A stretch of 64,000 nucleotides of DNA, taken from NCBI GenBank assembly GCA_049968255.1, contig JBMFRB010000006.1:167800-231799 (forward strand), written 5' to 3'. This document shows positions 26,315 through 38,000 of this stretch, in pieces. The notes beneath the pieces are model-generated. The model had not been told where the DNA came from, ran no database searches, and saw nothing but the letters and a program-made list of their open reading frames with translations. The DNA is from Candidatus Sumerlaeaceae bacterium. Its GTDB lineage: Bacteria; Sumerlaeota; Sumerlaeia; Sumerlaeales; Sumerlaeaceae. Made by a program: the position numbers and the translations under genes. How positions within the stretch are numbered: the first letter of the stretch is position 1; each line of letters starts with the position of its first letter.

Positions 26315-29245
26315 TCAGGAGGGAGATGCCGCAGCACGATGGAGTGCGTCGCGAATCACCTCGGCAAGATGCTGCGGCACACGCCCTGTTGCCTGACGAA
26401 TTTGTTCGCGGCAACTGAAACCGTCAGCAATCACGAGGTCTTGAGGAGCGGCGTTGCGCACAGCGGGCAGGAGTGCGCGTTCCCCAATCTTCATCGAAAG
26501 TTCGTAGTTTGCAGCCTTGAAACCGAAGCTGCCTGCCATGCCGCAGCAGCCGGGCTCGGGTGCGCCGAATTCGATTCCCATGGCGGCCATCACCTGCTCA
26601 TCGTATTTCACCTGCATGACAGCTTTATGGTGGCAATGGGCATGAAAGACGGCGCGGCGTTCGTAACGCGGGAGCGGCCAATCGCCACATTGTTTCACAA
26701 GGAATTCGGCAAGAAGATAGGTTTGCTCACCGAGGGCCTGCGCGCGTTTGTCTTCTGGGAAAAGTCCCAGCAATTCGTCGCGAAACACTGCAGCACTGCT
26801 GGGTTCGAGCACGACGATTGGTACGCCAGCCTCAATTTCGGGGCCAAGTGCGGAGAGAATTTCACAGAGTAGCCGTTTTGCCAGGCCGAGCATTCCGGCG
26901 TCGTAGAGCGCACGGCCACAGGCCAAAGGTTTGCGTGGCACGAGGACGCGCCAACCTGCGGCCTCCAGCACCTCCAGCGCGGCTTTGAGCGGTTCGGGAG
27001 TGAAGTGATTGTTGAAGGTATCCGGCCACAAAATCAGGGTGCGCTGGCTGATGTTTGCGCGCTGCACAGCTCCTTCTGCGGCATCAAGCGGGCGCTTCTC
27101 GAAAAACCATTTCGTGAAGGTTTGGGAAGCAAACGGTGGCAATTGGCGCTGCGGGGCAATGCCGGCCAAGCGCTTGAGCTGCGTTCCGAATAGCGGCACG
27201 CCGAGAAACCAATTTGCGAGGGTCGGTGAAAGTTCGGCCCAACGCGCCCAGCGGTGAATGAGCCCCAGAGCGTAGTGCTCAATGGGCCGCAGACGGCCCT
27301 CATAATAATGTGAGAGAAACTCAGCTTTATAAGTGGCCATATCCACATTGACTGGACAGTCACTCTTGCATGCCTTGCACGAGAGGCAAAGGTCGAGTGC
27401 TTGCTTTACTTCCTCACATCGCCAGGTGCTGGTGAGGAAATCGCCGCGGATCATTTCCTGCAACATGCGCGCTCTGCCACGCGTGGAGTGAAGTTCTTCA
27501 CGTGTGACCATGAAGCTCGGACACATCGCGCCTCCTTCCAGACGGCGGCAACGCCCGACACCCACGCACCGCAGCGTAGCACGCGCAAAGCTACCGAGAC
27601 CTTCTTGGAAATAAAAGTGAGTGCGCGGCTGCCATGGCCGATAGTTCTCACCAAGGCGCAGATTTTCGGCTGGACCGTAGGCATCTACGATCTTGCCTGG
27701 GTTCATTTTATTGTCTGGATCCCAAATCGCTTTGAATTCGCGGAACGCTTCAACGAGCTCGGGGCCAAACATTTTGGGAAGCAGATGCGCACGGGCCTGA
27801 CCGTCGCCATGTTCACCGCTCATCGAGCCACCGTAACGAACAATGAGGTCGCCTGCGGCATCGAGGAAGCGGACGAATTTTTCGATGCCTTCGCGCGACT
27901 GCAGGTCGAAATCGAGACGCAGGTGGACACAGCCATCGCCAAAGTGGCCATAGAGTGCACTCTCGTAGCCAAAACTGTCGCGCAATGCAGCGAAATCGCG
28001 CAGATAAGCAGCGAGGTTTTCGGGGGGAACTGCTGCGTCTTCCCAGCCAGGCCACGTGTGACGTCCATCGGGCAAAAATGCGGTGGCCCCGAGCCCACTT
28101 TTGCGCACTTCCCAAATAAGTGCAGCTTCGCGTTCATCCGGGAATTTGACGGAAGGACGATGCGGACGGCGTTCGAGAGCTGCCACGAGAGCCTCGGCTC
28201 GCTCGCGTGCTTCTTTGGGGCTTTCACCTGGCATCTCGACGAGCAGCCATCCTGTTCCTTCGGGCAATGGATCATAATCATTCGGACCAAGACGTTTCTT
28301 GCGGCGCAGGAACCGACGAAGGTAGTCGTCCATTCCTTCCAAGCCGACAGGGCCATGGCGAAGAATTTCCGGCACTTCCTCCGCAGCCGTGAAGACGTCC
28401 GGATAGCCAAGGACCACAAGGCAGCGCGAGGGAGGGCTATAGACCAAGCGCACGGTGGCTTCGAGAATTGTCACGCATGTGCCTTCGCTGCCGACGAGCG
28501 CCCGGGCGACATTGAAGCCATTTTCAGGAAGCAGTTCGTCGAGGTTGAAGCCAGAAACGCGACGTGGCAATCGCGGAAAGCGCGTGCGGATGAGGTCGGC
28601 GTAGCGATCGCGGAGGTCGCGCAGCTTGCGATAGATTTCTGCACGCGGGGCTCCCGCGCGGATAATCTGATCGAGCTCATCCTCGTTCACTGGTCCTACG
28701 CGCATGCGCTCGCCGCGGTAGGTGACGATCTCAAGCTCATGCACGTTGTCCGAAGTGCGACCGGCCATAACGGAATGAATGCCGCAGGAATTGTTGCCAA
28801 TCATTCCGCCTATGGTGCAGCGATCGTGGGTGGCCGGGTCGGGACCGAACGTCAGGCTGTAGGGTGCAGTCGCGCGGTGGAGATCGTCGAGTATCGTGCC
28901 GGCCTGCACGCGTGCGACGCGGCGTGCCGGATCGATCTCCACGACTCGATTGAGGTACTTTGAGAAATCGAGTACGACCGCAACGTTGCAACATTGCCCG
29001 GCCAGGCTTGTGCCGCCGCCGCGACTGAGGATTGGCGCACCAAAGGTGCGGCACAGGTCGATGGCGGCAAGAACGTCTTCGGTTGAGCGCGGAATCACCA
29101 CTCCGATGGGAACTTGTCTGTAGTTCGAGGAGTCGGTGGCGTACATCGCGCGCGTTGCGCGATCGAAGCGCACTTCGCCAATGACTTGGCGCTTGAGCGC
29201 TTCCTCTAAAGCTCGCGCTTCTGCATTCAGCTTTGGTTCGCTCAT
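26315..29245 (-). CDS. FAD-linked Fe-S oxidoreductase (GlcD+GlcF fusion, YdiJ-like 2-hydroxyacid dehydrogenase)
   Basis: RGGGTSLAGQ, GSEGT, GEHGDG, CVGVGRC, CLSCKACKSDCP and CCG domains (CCGMAGSFG, GFSCREQI). Confidence 0.92.
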   Translation of the reverse strand: MSEPKLNAEARALEEALKRQVIGEVRFDRATRAMYATDSSNYRQVPIGVVIPRSTEDVLAAIDLCRTFGAPILSRGGGTSLAGQCCNVAVVLDFSKYLNRVVEIDPARRVARVQAGTILDDLHRATAPYSLTFGPDPATHDRCTIGGMIGNNSCGIHSVMAGRTSDNVHELEIVTYRGERMRVGPVNEDELDQIIRAGAPRAEIYRKLRDLRDRYADLIRTRFPRLPRRVSGFNLDELLPENGFNVARALVGSEGTCVTILEATVRLVYSPPSRCLVVLGYPDVFTAAEEVPEILRHGPVGLEGMDDYLRRFLRRKKRLGPNDYDPLPEGTGWLLVEMPGESPKEARERAEALVAALERRPHRPSVKFPDEREAALIWEVRKSGLGATAFLPDGRHTWPGWEDAAVPPENLAAYLRDFAALRDSFGYESALYGHFGDGCVHLRLDFDLQSREGIEKFVRFLDAAGDLIVRYGGSMSGEHGDGQARAHLLPKMFGPELVEAFREFKAIWDPDNKMNPGKIVDAYGPAENLRLGENYRPWQPRTHFYFQEGLGSFARATLRCVGVGRCRRLEGGAMCPSFMVTREELHSTRGRARMLQEMIRGDFLTSTWRCEEVKQALDLCLSCKACKSDCPVNVDMATYKAEFLSHYYEGRLRPIEHYALGLIHRWARWAELSPTLANWFLGVPLFGTQLKRLAGIAPQRQLPPFASQTFTKWFFEKRPLDAAEGAVQRANISQRTLILWPDTFNNHFTPEPLKAALEVLEAAGWRVLVPRKPLACGRALYDAGMLGLAKRLLCEILSALGPEIEAGVPIVVLEPSSAAVFRDELLGLFPEDKRAQALGEQTYLLAEFLVKQCGDWPLPRYERRAVFHAHCHHKAVMQVKYDEQVMAAMGIEFGAPEPGCCGMAGSFGFKAANYELSMKIGERALLPAVRNAAPQDLVIADGFSCREQIRQATGRVPQHLAEVIRDALHRAAASPS

Positions 29246-29387
29246 GTTTCAGGTTATGCTTGGCACGAGTGGCCTATTCGGAAGCGGGAATGCGTGGAAA
29301 ATGGTGTGGTGAACAAACGAGCAGCGTGGGCGTTTTGTGTGACATAACAACGTAGCCCGACTTTATTGTTCGCGGAGAGTGACGAGA

Positions 29388-30116
29388 ATGTGTCGCATGG
29401 TAGGTTTCACGGCAGCGAAACCTGTGAGGGTGGGAGCATTTTTGGAAGCGGTGGCAGAACAAGCTCAGCACGGTTGCCAGCCGTGGGGGCGTCCTCACGG
29501 CGATGGCTGGGGCATGGCCCTGCTGACCCCAGCGGGCTGGTTTGTGGCCCACAGCAATCGGCCGATCTGGGAGTTTTCGTTGGGAAGACTTGCAGGCGTG
29601 GAGGCAACAAGCGGGCTGGTGCATGCACGGCTAGCTTCGCCGAACACTCCTGTGAACCTGACGAAAGTGCATCCTTTCTGCGCCGTGATCGAAGGGCAGA
29701 CCTATGCATTCTGCCATAACGGCAGTATCACGCGACGAGAGCGGCTGCCGCGACCTGCCAACATTACACTCGCGCCGGACGCCATTGATACAGAGCAGTA
29801 TTTTGCACTTGTGCAGGAGCGCCTGGCCTGTGGCGATAGCGAGGAGGAGGCGCTAGCGACGACTGTGAAGGACATCGAGAACGTGTCGTGCGAGTTTAGC
29901 TCACTGAATGCCCTGTTGTTGAGCGAAAAGAAGCTGGTTGCTGTGAGAGGACCGGTGGACGAGAAGTATCGGCACTATTATACAATTTACGTGCACTGTG
30001 GGCCAGAGATTGTAGCCGTCAGCACGGAGCCTTTATCGGCGTTCAGCGAGAGCGTGCCGCTCGACGGAATTTTTGCAGCGGCCCACGGATCGATAGCAAC
30101 ACGCCATCCGCTGTGA
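29388..30116 (+). CDS. Class II glutamine amidotransferase (YafJ/EgtC-like)
   Basis: N-terminal MCR nucleophile, HGDGWG, HARLAS, HPF, HNGSI and DTE. Confidence 0.88.
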   Translation: MCRMVGFTAAKPVRVGAFLEAVAEQAQHGCQPWGRPHGDGWGMALLTPAGWFVAHSNRPIWEFSLGRLAGVEATSGLVHARLASPNTPVNLTKVHPFCAVIEGQTYAFCHNGSITRRERLPRPANITLAPDAIDTEQYFALVQERLACGDSEEEALATTVKDIENVSCEFSSLNALLLSEKKLVAVRGPVDEKYRHYYTIYVHCGPEIVAVSTEPLSAFSESVPLDGIFAAAHGSIATRHPL

Positions 30117-30201
30117 GAATCAAATAGAGGGCGGGAGAAGACCGACCGCTGAAGTGACACTGTCCAGCTCGCTCTCTCATGTCTTTCAACGAGGACGCAT
30201 A

Positions 30202-31635
30202 ATGCCGCGCGCACTTCTGCTAGTTCCCTGGATCTACGACTTTGCGGCGTACGATTTCTGGTCGTGTCCGGTGGGCTTGCTTAGTCTTGGAGCCGTGCTG
30301 AGGAGCAGCGGATGGGAAGTCGAGTTTGTGGACTTGACGGATCGCCACCACCCTGGGCTTGGACGCGAGCTGAAAGAAAAGTGTTTTCACACGGGCAAAT
30401 ACTATGCGGAGGAGGTGCCCAAGCCTCCCGCGATCGCGTGGGTACCACGGCGCTACAAGCGCTACGGCCTCCCACCGGACATTGCTGAGGCGGATTTGGC
30501 GCAGCGTCCGCGGCCTGACGTCGTGCTGGTTACTTCGCGCATGACGTATTGGTACCCAGGTGTATGCGAGGCGGTTGCTTTGGTGCGCCGAATTTGGCGC
30601 GATGTGCCTGTGGGTTTGGGAGGGACGTATGCGACGCTTTGCTACGACCACGCACGACTGAAAACGGGTGCGACATTTGTATTTCGCGGCGAGGGAGAGC
30701 AAGCGCTGCTGGAAGTTGTGGAGCAGCTGACAGGGGTGCGGACGCCCGCGGCGCCGCTGTCTAGGATTTCGCTCGACGTGCTCGATTCGCTGCCTTTTCC
30801 GGCCTGGGAGCTTCGCCGGTGGAACAAAGCGGTAGTGGTCGAGACGAGTCGGGGGTGTCCTTATCATTGCTCATACTGCGCAACGAAGTTGCTGCTTGCG
30901 CGATGGCGGGCAAAATCGCCAACACGTGTGGCGGACGAAATAGACTTCGCCGTAAACGAGCTTGGCGCTGAGGATATCGCTTTTGCGGATGATGCATTGC
31001 TCCTTAATCCCAGTCGGCATTTTCTCGCGTGGGCAAAAGAGGTGGAACGCCGCCGCATCCGTTGCCGATTCCACACCCCCAATAGCCTTTTCGCGAGCAT
31101 GATTTCGCGCGAAGTAGCCGAGGCGATGCGGGCTCTGGGGTTCGAAACAATAAGGGTGAGCTTGGAGACCGCAAGTGATGAGCGGCTAGAAAAACTCGGG
31201 AGGCGGATTCGGCCCCGCCATTTTGTCGAGGCGATGAGAAACCTGCGGGCGGTCGGTTACCGGCCGGAGCAAATAGGGGTGTACATTTTGTGTGGTCTGC
31301 CAGGGCAGCATGCTGAGGAAGTGAGGCATTCGGTGGACCTCGTTGTGCAAGAAGGCGGCACACCACGCCTGGCGGAATACTCCCCAATTCCCGGCACGGC
31401 AGAATGGCAACGCGCGTGCCAGACGACGCAGCTGGCACTTGCAGAGGAACCGCTGCTGCAGAATAACTCGGTTTTTTGGTGGGCCAGCGGTGCCATACGC
31501 CCCGCGGAGATGGCAGAACTCAAGCGCTATGCACGTGAGGCAATGCAACGTGGTGGAGCAAATGAGGCGGGTGCTGGCCAAACATTGACCGTCAAAGCCA
31601 CTGAAGAGAGATCGCCAAATGGAACCTGCAATTAA
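30202..31635 (+). CDS. B12-binding-domain radical SAM protein
   Basis: PWIYDFAAYDFW..PVGL, LGGTYATL, TSRGCPYHCSYC and FADD. Confidence 0.88.
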   Translation: MPRALLLVPWIYDFAAYDFWSCPVGLLSLGAVLRSSGWEVEFVDLTDRHHPGLGRELKEKCFHTGKYYAEEVPKPPAIAWVPRRYKRYGLPPDIAEADLAQRPRPDVVLVTSRMTYWYPGVCEAVALVRRIWRDVPVGLGGTYATLCYDHARLKTGATFVFRGEGEQALLEVVEQLTGVRTPAAPLSRISLDVLDSLPFPAWELRRWNKAVVVETSRGCPYHCSYCATKLLLARWRAKSPTRVADEIDFAVNELGAEDIAFADDALLLNPSRHFLAWAKEVERRRIRCRFHTPNSLFASMISREVAEAMRALGFETIRVSLETASDERLEKLGRRIRPRHFVEAMRNLRAVGYRPEQIGVYILCGLPGQHAEEVRHSVDLVVQEGGTPRLAEYSPIPGTAEWQRACQTTQLALAEEPLLQNNSVFWWASGAIRPAEMAELKRYAREAMQRGGANEAGAGQTLTVKATEERSPNGTCN

Positions 31636-31779
31636 TACCGGAGGACTTATTTCCGAGCACGAGCTTTCGTGTGGAGCGCCAGCGCGAGTTTGGGAGGGTT
31701 ATCCCCAAACGAGAGTCACGAATCTACCTTGATTCCAGAGCCAGCGAGATGAGCATCGCTTGAGGGAACAATTCGACCC

Positions 31780-34461
31780 ATGACAGGCAAAATGAGGACA
31801 GATCCTGAGAAGTTGCGCCGGCTGCGATGGAACCCTTTGCCGGTGGCAGTGACGATGAGTGCGATGATGGTGGCGCTGGTCCTGATGAGTTCGGAGCGAC
31901 AGACGTCCGTGCGCAGGGAACCTCCGCTACCGTCCGAGCTGCAAATCATGCTCGCGAAAACGAAACTGTCCGGAGCGAGTGCGCCTGGTCAGCAGGCCCA
32001 GAGCGCCGCAATACACACGGATGCGGATTTGACGGCGGAAGAAGCACAAGCGGATGCGTTGGGAGTGGCTTCCTCCCCCATATCGGGGCAGGCATTGGCG
32101 CCTGCTGAACGAGCTGCAGTGGGTCCGCCAGCAGGAGCTCAAAATCTTGCGGTGCTTCGTGGAAATTCAACTTTAGCACCCTCGGCCGATGGTGCCACCC
32201 CAACGGCCAGTGAGCCGCTCGATTTGCCAGTGGCAGCACCGAATGCGAGGGGTTCGTCGACGCTTGGTACTGCGCCTTATGCGGCAACTTCGAAGCCGAG
32301 TCTCGATCAAAGGCAGAGAGATCCGCTGGAAGAGATCCGGCGCGCCATGGCGCCGACAAATCCAGGTACGCTCGGCAACCGTGGGTTGCCCATCCCAACA
32401 CCGCCGCCGATTGCTATGCCGCGCGAGCTGGCGCAAGCTACGCCCGCCCCCACGCGCACTGCATCTGTCTTGCAACGAGTGCGCAACATCCCCACGCACC
32501 TCATTCAAACGCCCTATCCGATTCTGACAAATTCGTCGAGCACGGATGAACCCTCTCCTGCTGCTGACCCAACTTTGGCAACGGATGTGGGAAAGACTCC
32601 ATTGTGGAGCGACCCCAATCATCCGCTGCTAAAAGGGCTGCGGGAGGACACGGTCGCAATCCCGACGGTGCCTTCGGGAACACTCCAAGTGTCTTCAGCG
32701 GAGTCGCTTGCCATCACCCCATCCGTGAGCCGAGTCCCGCGCATCGAGGCATCGAGTGTCCCCTCTGGTGCGAGGAACACGCCGTCACGCGAAAGGGTTT
32801 CTCCCGTCGTGACCCCGCAGGTTTTCTCGGCATCACCGCCTCAAGAAGGGAACCCATCTCTCACACCTGGAGCAACTGCACCGGAGGCCACACTGCGGCC
32901 GACACAAGCGCCGACTGCTGCGGTCGACAGTAGCGAACCGACTGCCTCTCCGCGTGGCGCTGCGCCGCGCGAACTCGAACACTCACTGGGGCACGAATCG
33001 CGAATATCCCCAAGTGAACGGACGTGGGCAACACCGCCGCCTACGTTCGAAAAAGAAATTCGCACAACTGGGGAATTTACCGTGCGAAAAGGTCGAGCAA
33101 TTGTCACATTCTCAAATGTCCCCGTAGAGAGTGTGCAAACACGGTTGTCGGCCACAAGTTCCACGGTCGCAGGAGAGGAAGAAACGCCGACGGTCTCAGC
33201 GTCGAAAGTCACGGCGCTTCCTAAGGAGGCGCAGCCGGAAGCGACCACCGTGGTACCTGCAGACATCCCCAAGTTCGAACCGAAGGACGAGAGCGAACCA
33301 CTTGTAGAGCAGCGGCTTCAGGAGCTAGCGCGCACTGGAAGCGACACGAAACTTGCGCAGCGGCTAGCTAGCAAAGCGATTCCGGCAAGTGTGGGGGACC
33401 GCATTCTCACCCGCGAGGAACTTGAGCGCCACGTGCGCGCATTTGAAACTCTTCGCGGCTACAAATTGAATGAAGATCAGCGCGTCAATATTGAAGGCGT
33501 GCTGGCGCAGGACTGGCTCGAGCGCACAGCTGTTGCGGCGATCGCGCGCGAACATGGCCTGACCGTGAGCGACGAGGAAGTGTCGGCTGAGATTGAGCGA
33601 CGTAAGGCGCGATTCGGTCAGAACTTGCCAAACGCGCTGCGACAGGCTGGCTTCTCGGAACAAGAAGTGCGCGAGGAAATGCGCAATGCGCTTCTGGTGG
33701 ACAAGCTCGTGGAAAAGACTATGGCGGAAACATACCCAGAGAGCAAACTCCGCGAACTTTATGAAGCACATCCGGAGCGCTATACGCCCTCGCGGCGGTT
33801 GCACGTGCGCGAGATCTTTAAGCAGAAACAGCCAGGGCGAGAGCAGGAAGCACGAGCAGCGATTGAGCGCATTCGGCTAGAAATCGCAAAGGGGGCAACA
33901 TTTGAGGAACTGGCGCAGCGCGAAAGCGAATCCCCAACGCGCGAGCAAAATGGCGACCTTGGCTGGATAGACGCGTCGAAACCACTCTCACCACGACAAG
34001 CTCAAGCCCTGGCAGATCTGAAACCAGGACAGGTGAGCGACGTCATCGAGCTCGGCGATGGCTTTCAGTTGCTGAAGGTTGTCGAAATTGAGGAGCCGAA
34101 GCCTGGCTTTGAGGGCGCACGTGAGGCAGTCAAGACCGCCGTGCGTGACCACATTATTGGCATGGCTTACGACGAAGCAATGGCACGCTATGAAGTCAAG
34201 CTGCGCAACAAGCGTTTGACGCCGCGATTACCGCATCCCGAGGTGAGTAAAGCGACGTCGCCTGCGGGTGGCGGTGCAAAGACCCAGAGCGAAACGCAAA
34301 ACCCCCGCAGCCAGAGGGCAAAGCGGCCAGCAACGCAGGCGCCAACAGCAACGCCCGCGCTGCTGTCGCAACCCAAGCAGCTCGAACCGCCACCAGCAAA
34401 CCAGACGCCTGGCGCTAAGCGGCGCCTCATTCCATTTTTGAAGAAGCGCAGTGAGCAGTGA
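31780..34461 (+). CDS. Membrane-anchored SurA/PrsA-like parvulin PPIase with long P/T/S/A-rich linker
   Basis: N-terminal hydrophobic segment, about 480 aa of low-complexity sequence, a SurA_N-like region (GLTVSDEEV) and parvulin motifs LHVREIF, FEELAQRES, NGDLGW and PGQVSDVIE. Confidence 0.85.
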   Translation: MTGKMRTDPEKLRRLRWNPLPVAVTMSAMMVALVLMSSERQTSVRREPPLPSELQIMLAKTKLSGASAPGQQAQSAAIHTDADLTAEEAQADALGVASSPISGQALAPAERAAVGPPAGAQNLAVLRGNSTLAPSADGATPTASEPLDLPVAAPNARGSSTLGTAPYAATSKPSLDQRQRDPLEEIRRAMAPTNPGTLGNRGLPIPTPPPIAMPRELAQATPAPTRTASVLQRVRNIPTHLIQTPYPILTNSSSTDEPSPAADPTLATDVGKTPLWSDPNHPLLKGLREDTVAIPTVPSGTLQVSSAESLAITPSVSRVPRIEASSVPSGARNTPSRERVSPVVTPQVFSASPPQEGNPSLTPGATAPEATLRPTQAPTAAVDSSEPTASPRGAAPRELEHSLGHESRISPSERTWATPPPTFEKEIRTTGEFTVRKGRAIVTFSNVPVESVQTRLSATSSTVAGEEETPTVSASKVTALPKEAQPEATTVVPADIPKFEPKDESEPLVEQRLQELARTGSDTKLAQRLASKAIPASVGDRILTREELERHVRAFETLRGYKLNEDQRVNIEGVLAQDWLERTAVAAIAREHGLTVSDEEVSAEIERRKARFGQNLPNALRQAGFSEQEVREEMRNALLVDKLVEKTMAETYPESKLRELYEAHPERYTPSRRLHVREIFKQKQPGREQEARAAIERIRLEIAKGATFEELAQRESESPTREQNGDLGWIDASKPLSPRQAQALADLKPGQVSDVIELGDGFQLLKVVEIEEPKPGFEGAREAVKTAVRDHIIGMAYDEAMARYEVKLRNKRLTPRLPHPEVSKATSPAGGGAKTQSETQNPRSQRAKRPATQAPTATPALLSQPKQLEPPPANQTPGAKRRLIPFLKKRSEQ

Positions 34462-36440
34462 AACAGGGAAAGACATCTCAGACACAGTTGAGAGCCAAGC
34501 AACGTAGCTTAACGTCCTCCCAACGAAGTCGACGCCGCGGTCGCCTTCAGCCGAGCGCACAGCCTCAAGCTGGACTGGAACCTAAGCCATCGTGGCGCGA
34601 ACGGCTGGGCTTGTCGCTGGCAACTCCAGAACCGTCGGCGATGGCGGACGGCGAGCGCACTCATTGGTTTTGGAAGGTTCTTCTTGTTGCTCTGCCGGTT
34701 TATTACTGGCTAGCATTTGGGCGCTATGGCCTTGGCGAGCGCGATGACGGTTTCGTACTTGCGCAATCGTGGCGCGTCATCAATGGTCAGCTTCCCCACC
34801 GGGACTTCATTAGCGTGCGGCCAGCCATGTCTGCTTATGATCATGCGCTGTCGCTTCTGCTAATGCCTGAAGCATGGGAAATGATTTTTGACCGGCTGCT
34901 GAATTACGCAGAAATGGCGGCCGCCAGTTTCTTTCTTTTTGCTGCCATGGACCGCTGGCTCCCGCTTCGGCGTTTTGGACTGGATCTCTACGTCGTCTCC
35001 GCAATCGGGTTCATTTATTCGATGCACAATTTTCCCCCGATGGCATGGACGACGACAGATGGCGTTTTCTATTTTTCGCTTGGACTGTATTTCCTCAGCC
35101 GTGGCGAGCAGTGGCGTTGGCTCATTCCCGGATTGCTAGCTGTGCTGGCTGGCCTGCTAACAAAACAATCTTTTATCGCTATGCCGCCACTTGCGCTTGC
35201 CGTAGTGGCAACGCTCTACGGTTGGCGCGCGCTACTGAGGGCGGTTGGGGTGCTTGCTGGCGCTTCGCTGCTCCTCACGCTCTGGGGTGCGGCCGTAGGC
35301 GTCTTGGAGCCGATGATCTACCAGACCACGAACACGACTGGTCGAGGGAATGTGTTTATTTATAGCGGACTCTTCACGTACTTCGAGCGCGCTAGCTACT
35401 TTTTGCCAGTGCTCTCGTTTGCCATGTTGCGCCTTGCGGCTGTGCGATGGCCAAAAGCGGCGAGCAAGGGATTCGCGTTTGTGGCGCTCGCCTGTTGCGT
35501 GGCGCTGCTTTTCGAAACGCTCGACAACTATTTAGCGCCGCAAATTCTTTTTCGGAGACTTGCTGCAAAGCTCACATTTGGTCTCATGGCACGCAATTAT
35601 GGCGGCAAGAGCTTTGCAGAGATTTTCCAAGAGTTTGTCCATCACCCAGGCTGGGGCGATGGCGGCATGGGATTCAATATCCCCTTTCACGCAGTGCGGA
35701 GCCTTTTCTGGTTGGGCCTAGGGGCTGCACTTGCGACACTCCAACTTCGCCGCGTGCCGGCCTCAGTTTTTCCGTTGTACGGGCTCGTTCTGGCGTGGTC
35801 GTGCTCGGCAACCAATGGCTATCCCACCCCCGCACTTTGTTCAGGGCCCCTGGTGTTTGCGCTTTTTCATGCGGCTTATCCTCTGATGCCGCGGCGAGCT
35901 GCAAAAGTTCTGGCGCAGATTCTGCTTTGGGGCGGCTTGGCCGTGTATTCGTTCGCGAATTGCTTTCCCTATCAGTCCAAGCCCATCTGGCGGTGCGTGC
36001 ATCCCATGGGCACAATCTTTAAGAAGGCTTCTTTTATCTGGGCTGATGAGCGCTCCTGGCGCTGCTACTCCGAACTTGCCGCGCTCACGAAACGCTACGG
36101 CACGAATTTCAAGACGCTGCCGAATGTTCCGCTTGCGAATTATCTCACGAACACCATTCCGCCGATTCCTGTGGACTGGGTGGAAGATTACGAGCTGCCT
36201 GGCGAGTGGCGCGATGTGGCGCTTGAGCTGGATCGAAGTGGTGCTGTTGTCTTTTTGCGCAGGGAACTCATGGAATCGGAGCTTCTTCCGCATTATCAGT
36301 TCGGGGGCATTAATTCCACCGTGGCTTTCTACGTGACGAAGACGTGGAGGAAAATCGAGTCCGGTCCAGCATTTGATGTTTACGTCCGCGAGATGAACAC
36401 GTCTTCTCCACTCGAAATCCAATGGGCCCACAAGAAGTGA
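34458..36440 (+). CDS. Multi-TM membrane protein, GT-C (PMT/ArnT-like)
   Basis: ERDDGF after TM1, GQLPHRDF and LTKQS; multi-TM with a C-terminal periplasmic domain. GTGA overlap with the PPIase. Confidence 0.65.
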   Translation: MKQGKTSQTQLRAKQRSLTSSQRSRRRGRLQPSAQPQAGLEPKPSWRERLGLSLATPEPSAMADGERTHWFWKVLLVALPVYYWLAFGRYGLGERDDGFVLAQSWRVINGQLPHRDFISVRPAMSAYDHALSLLLMPEAWEMIFDRLLNYAEMAAASFFLFAAMDRWLPLRRFGLDLYVVSAIGFIYSMHNFPPMAWTTTDGVFYFSLGLYFLSRGEQWRWLIPGLLAVLAGLLTKQSFIAMPPLALAVVATLYGWRALLRAVGVLAGASLLLTLWGAAVGVLEPMIYQTTNTTGRGNVFIYSGLFTYFERASYFLPVLSFAMLRLAAVRWPKAASKGFAFVALACCVALLFETLDNYLAPQILFRRLAAKLTFGLMARNYGGKSFAEIFQEFVHHPGWGDGGMGFNIPFHAVRSLFWLGLGAALATLQLRRVPASVFPLYGLVLAWSCSATNGYPTPALCSGPLVFALFHAAYPLMPRRAAKVLAQILLWGGLAVYSFANCFPYQSKPIWRCVHPMGTIFKKASFIWADERSWRCYSELAALTKRYGTNFKTLPNVPLANYLTNTIPPIPVDWVEDYELPGEWRDVALELDRSGAVVFLRRELMESELLPHYQFGGINSTVAFYVTKTWRKIESGPAFDVYVREMNTSSPLEIQWAHKK

Positions 36441-36516
36441 TGGCTGGGGAGGAAGGATTCGAACCTTCGAATGCGGGTTCCAAAGACCCGTGCCTTAGCC
36501 ACTTGGCGACTCCCCA
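36441..36516 (-). tRNA. tRNA-Gln(UUG)
   Basis: Reverse complement TGGGGAGTCGCCAAGTGGCTAAGGCACGGGTCTTTGGAACCCGCATTCGAAGGTTCGAATCCTTCCTCCCCAGCCA. Anticodon loop CTTTGGA; CCA is encoded. Confidence 0.96.
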
Positions 36517-36609
36517 GCGTTGGCAGTTTTTTCTTACAGTTGCGCAAAGCAGCAATTCAGCACGCTGGGCATTGTAGAATGCACAGAAGCAGAGGTTTGC
36601 AGTGATTGA

Positions 36610-37980
<1,371 letters not shown>

Positions 37981-38000
37981 GCCTAGACGAGGTCGAAATC

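Noticed and set aside
27401-28963. 520-aa plus-strand ORF
   Set aside because: In-register antisense shadow of the FAD/Fe-S oxidoreductase, common in GC-rich coding DNA.
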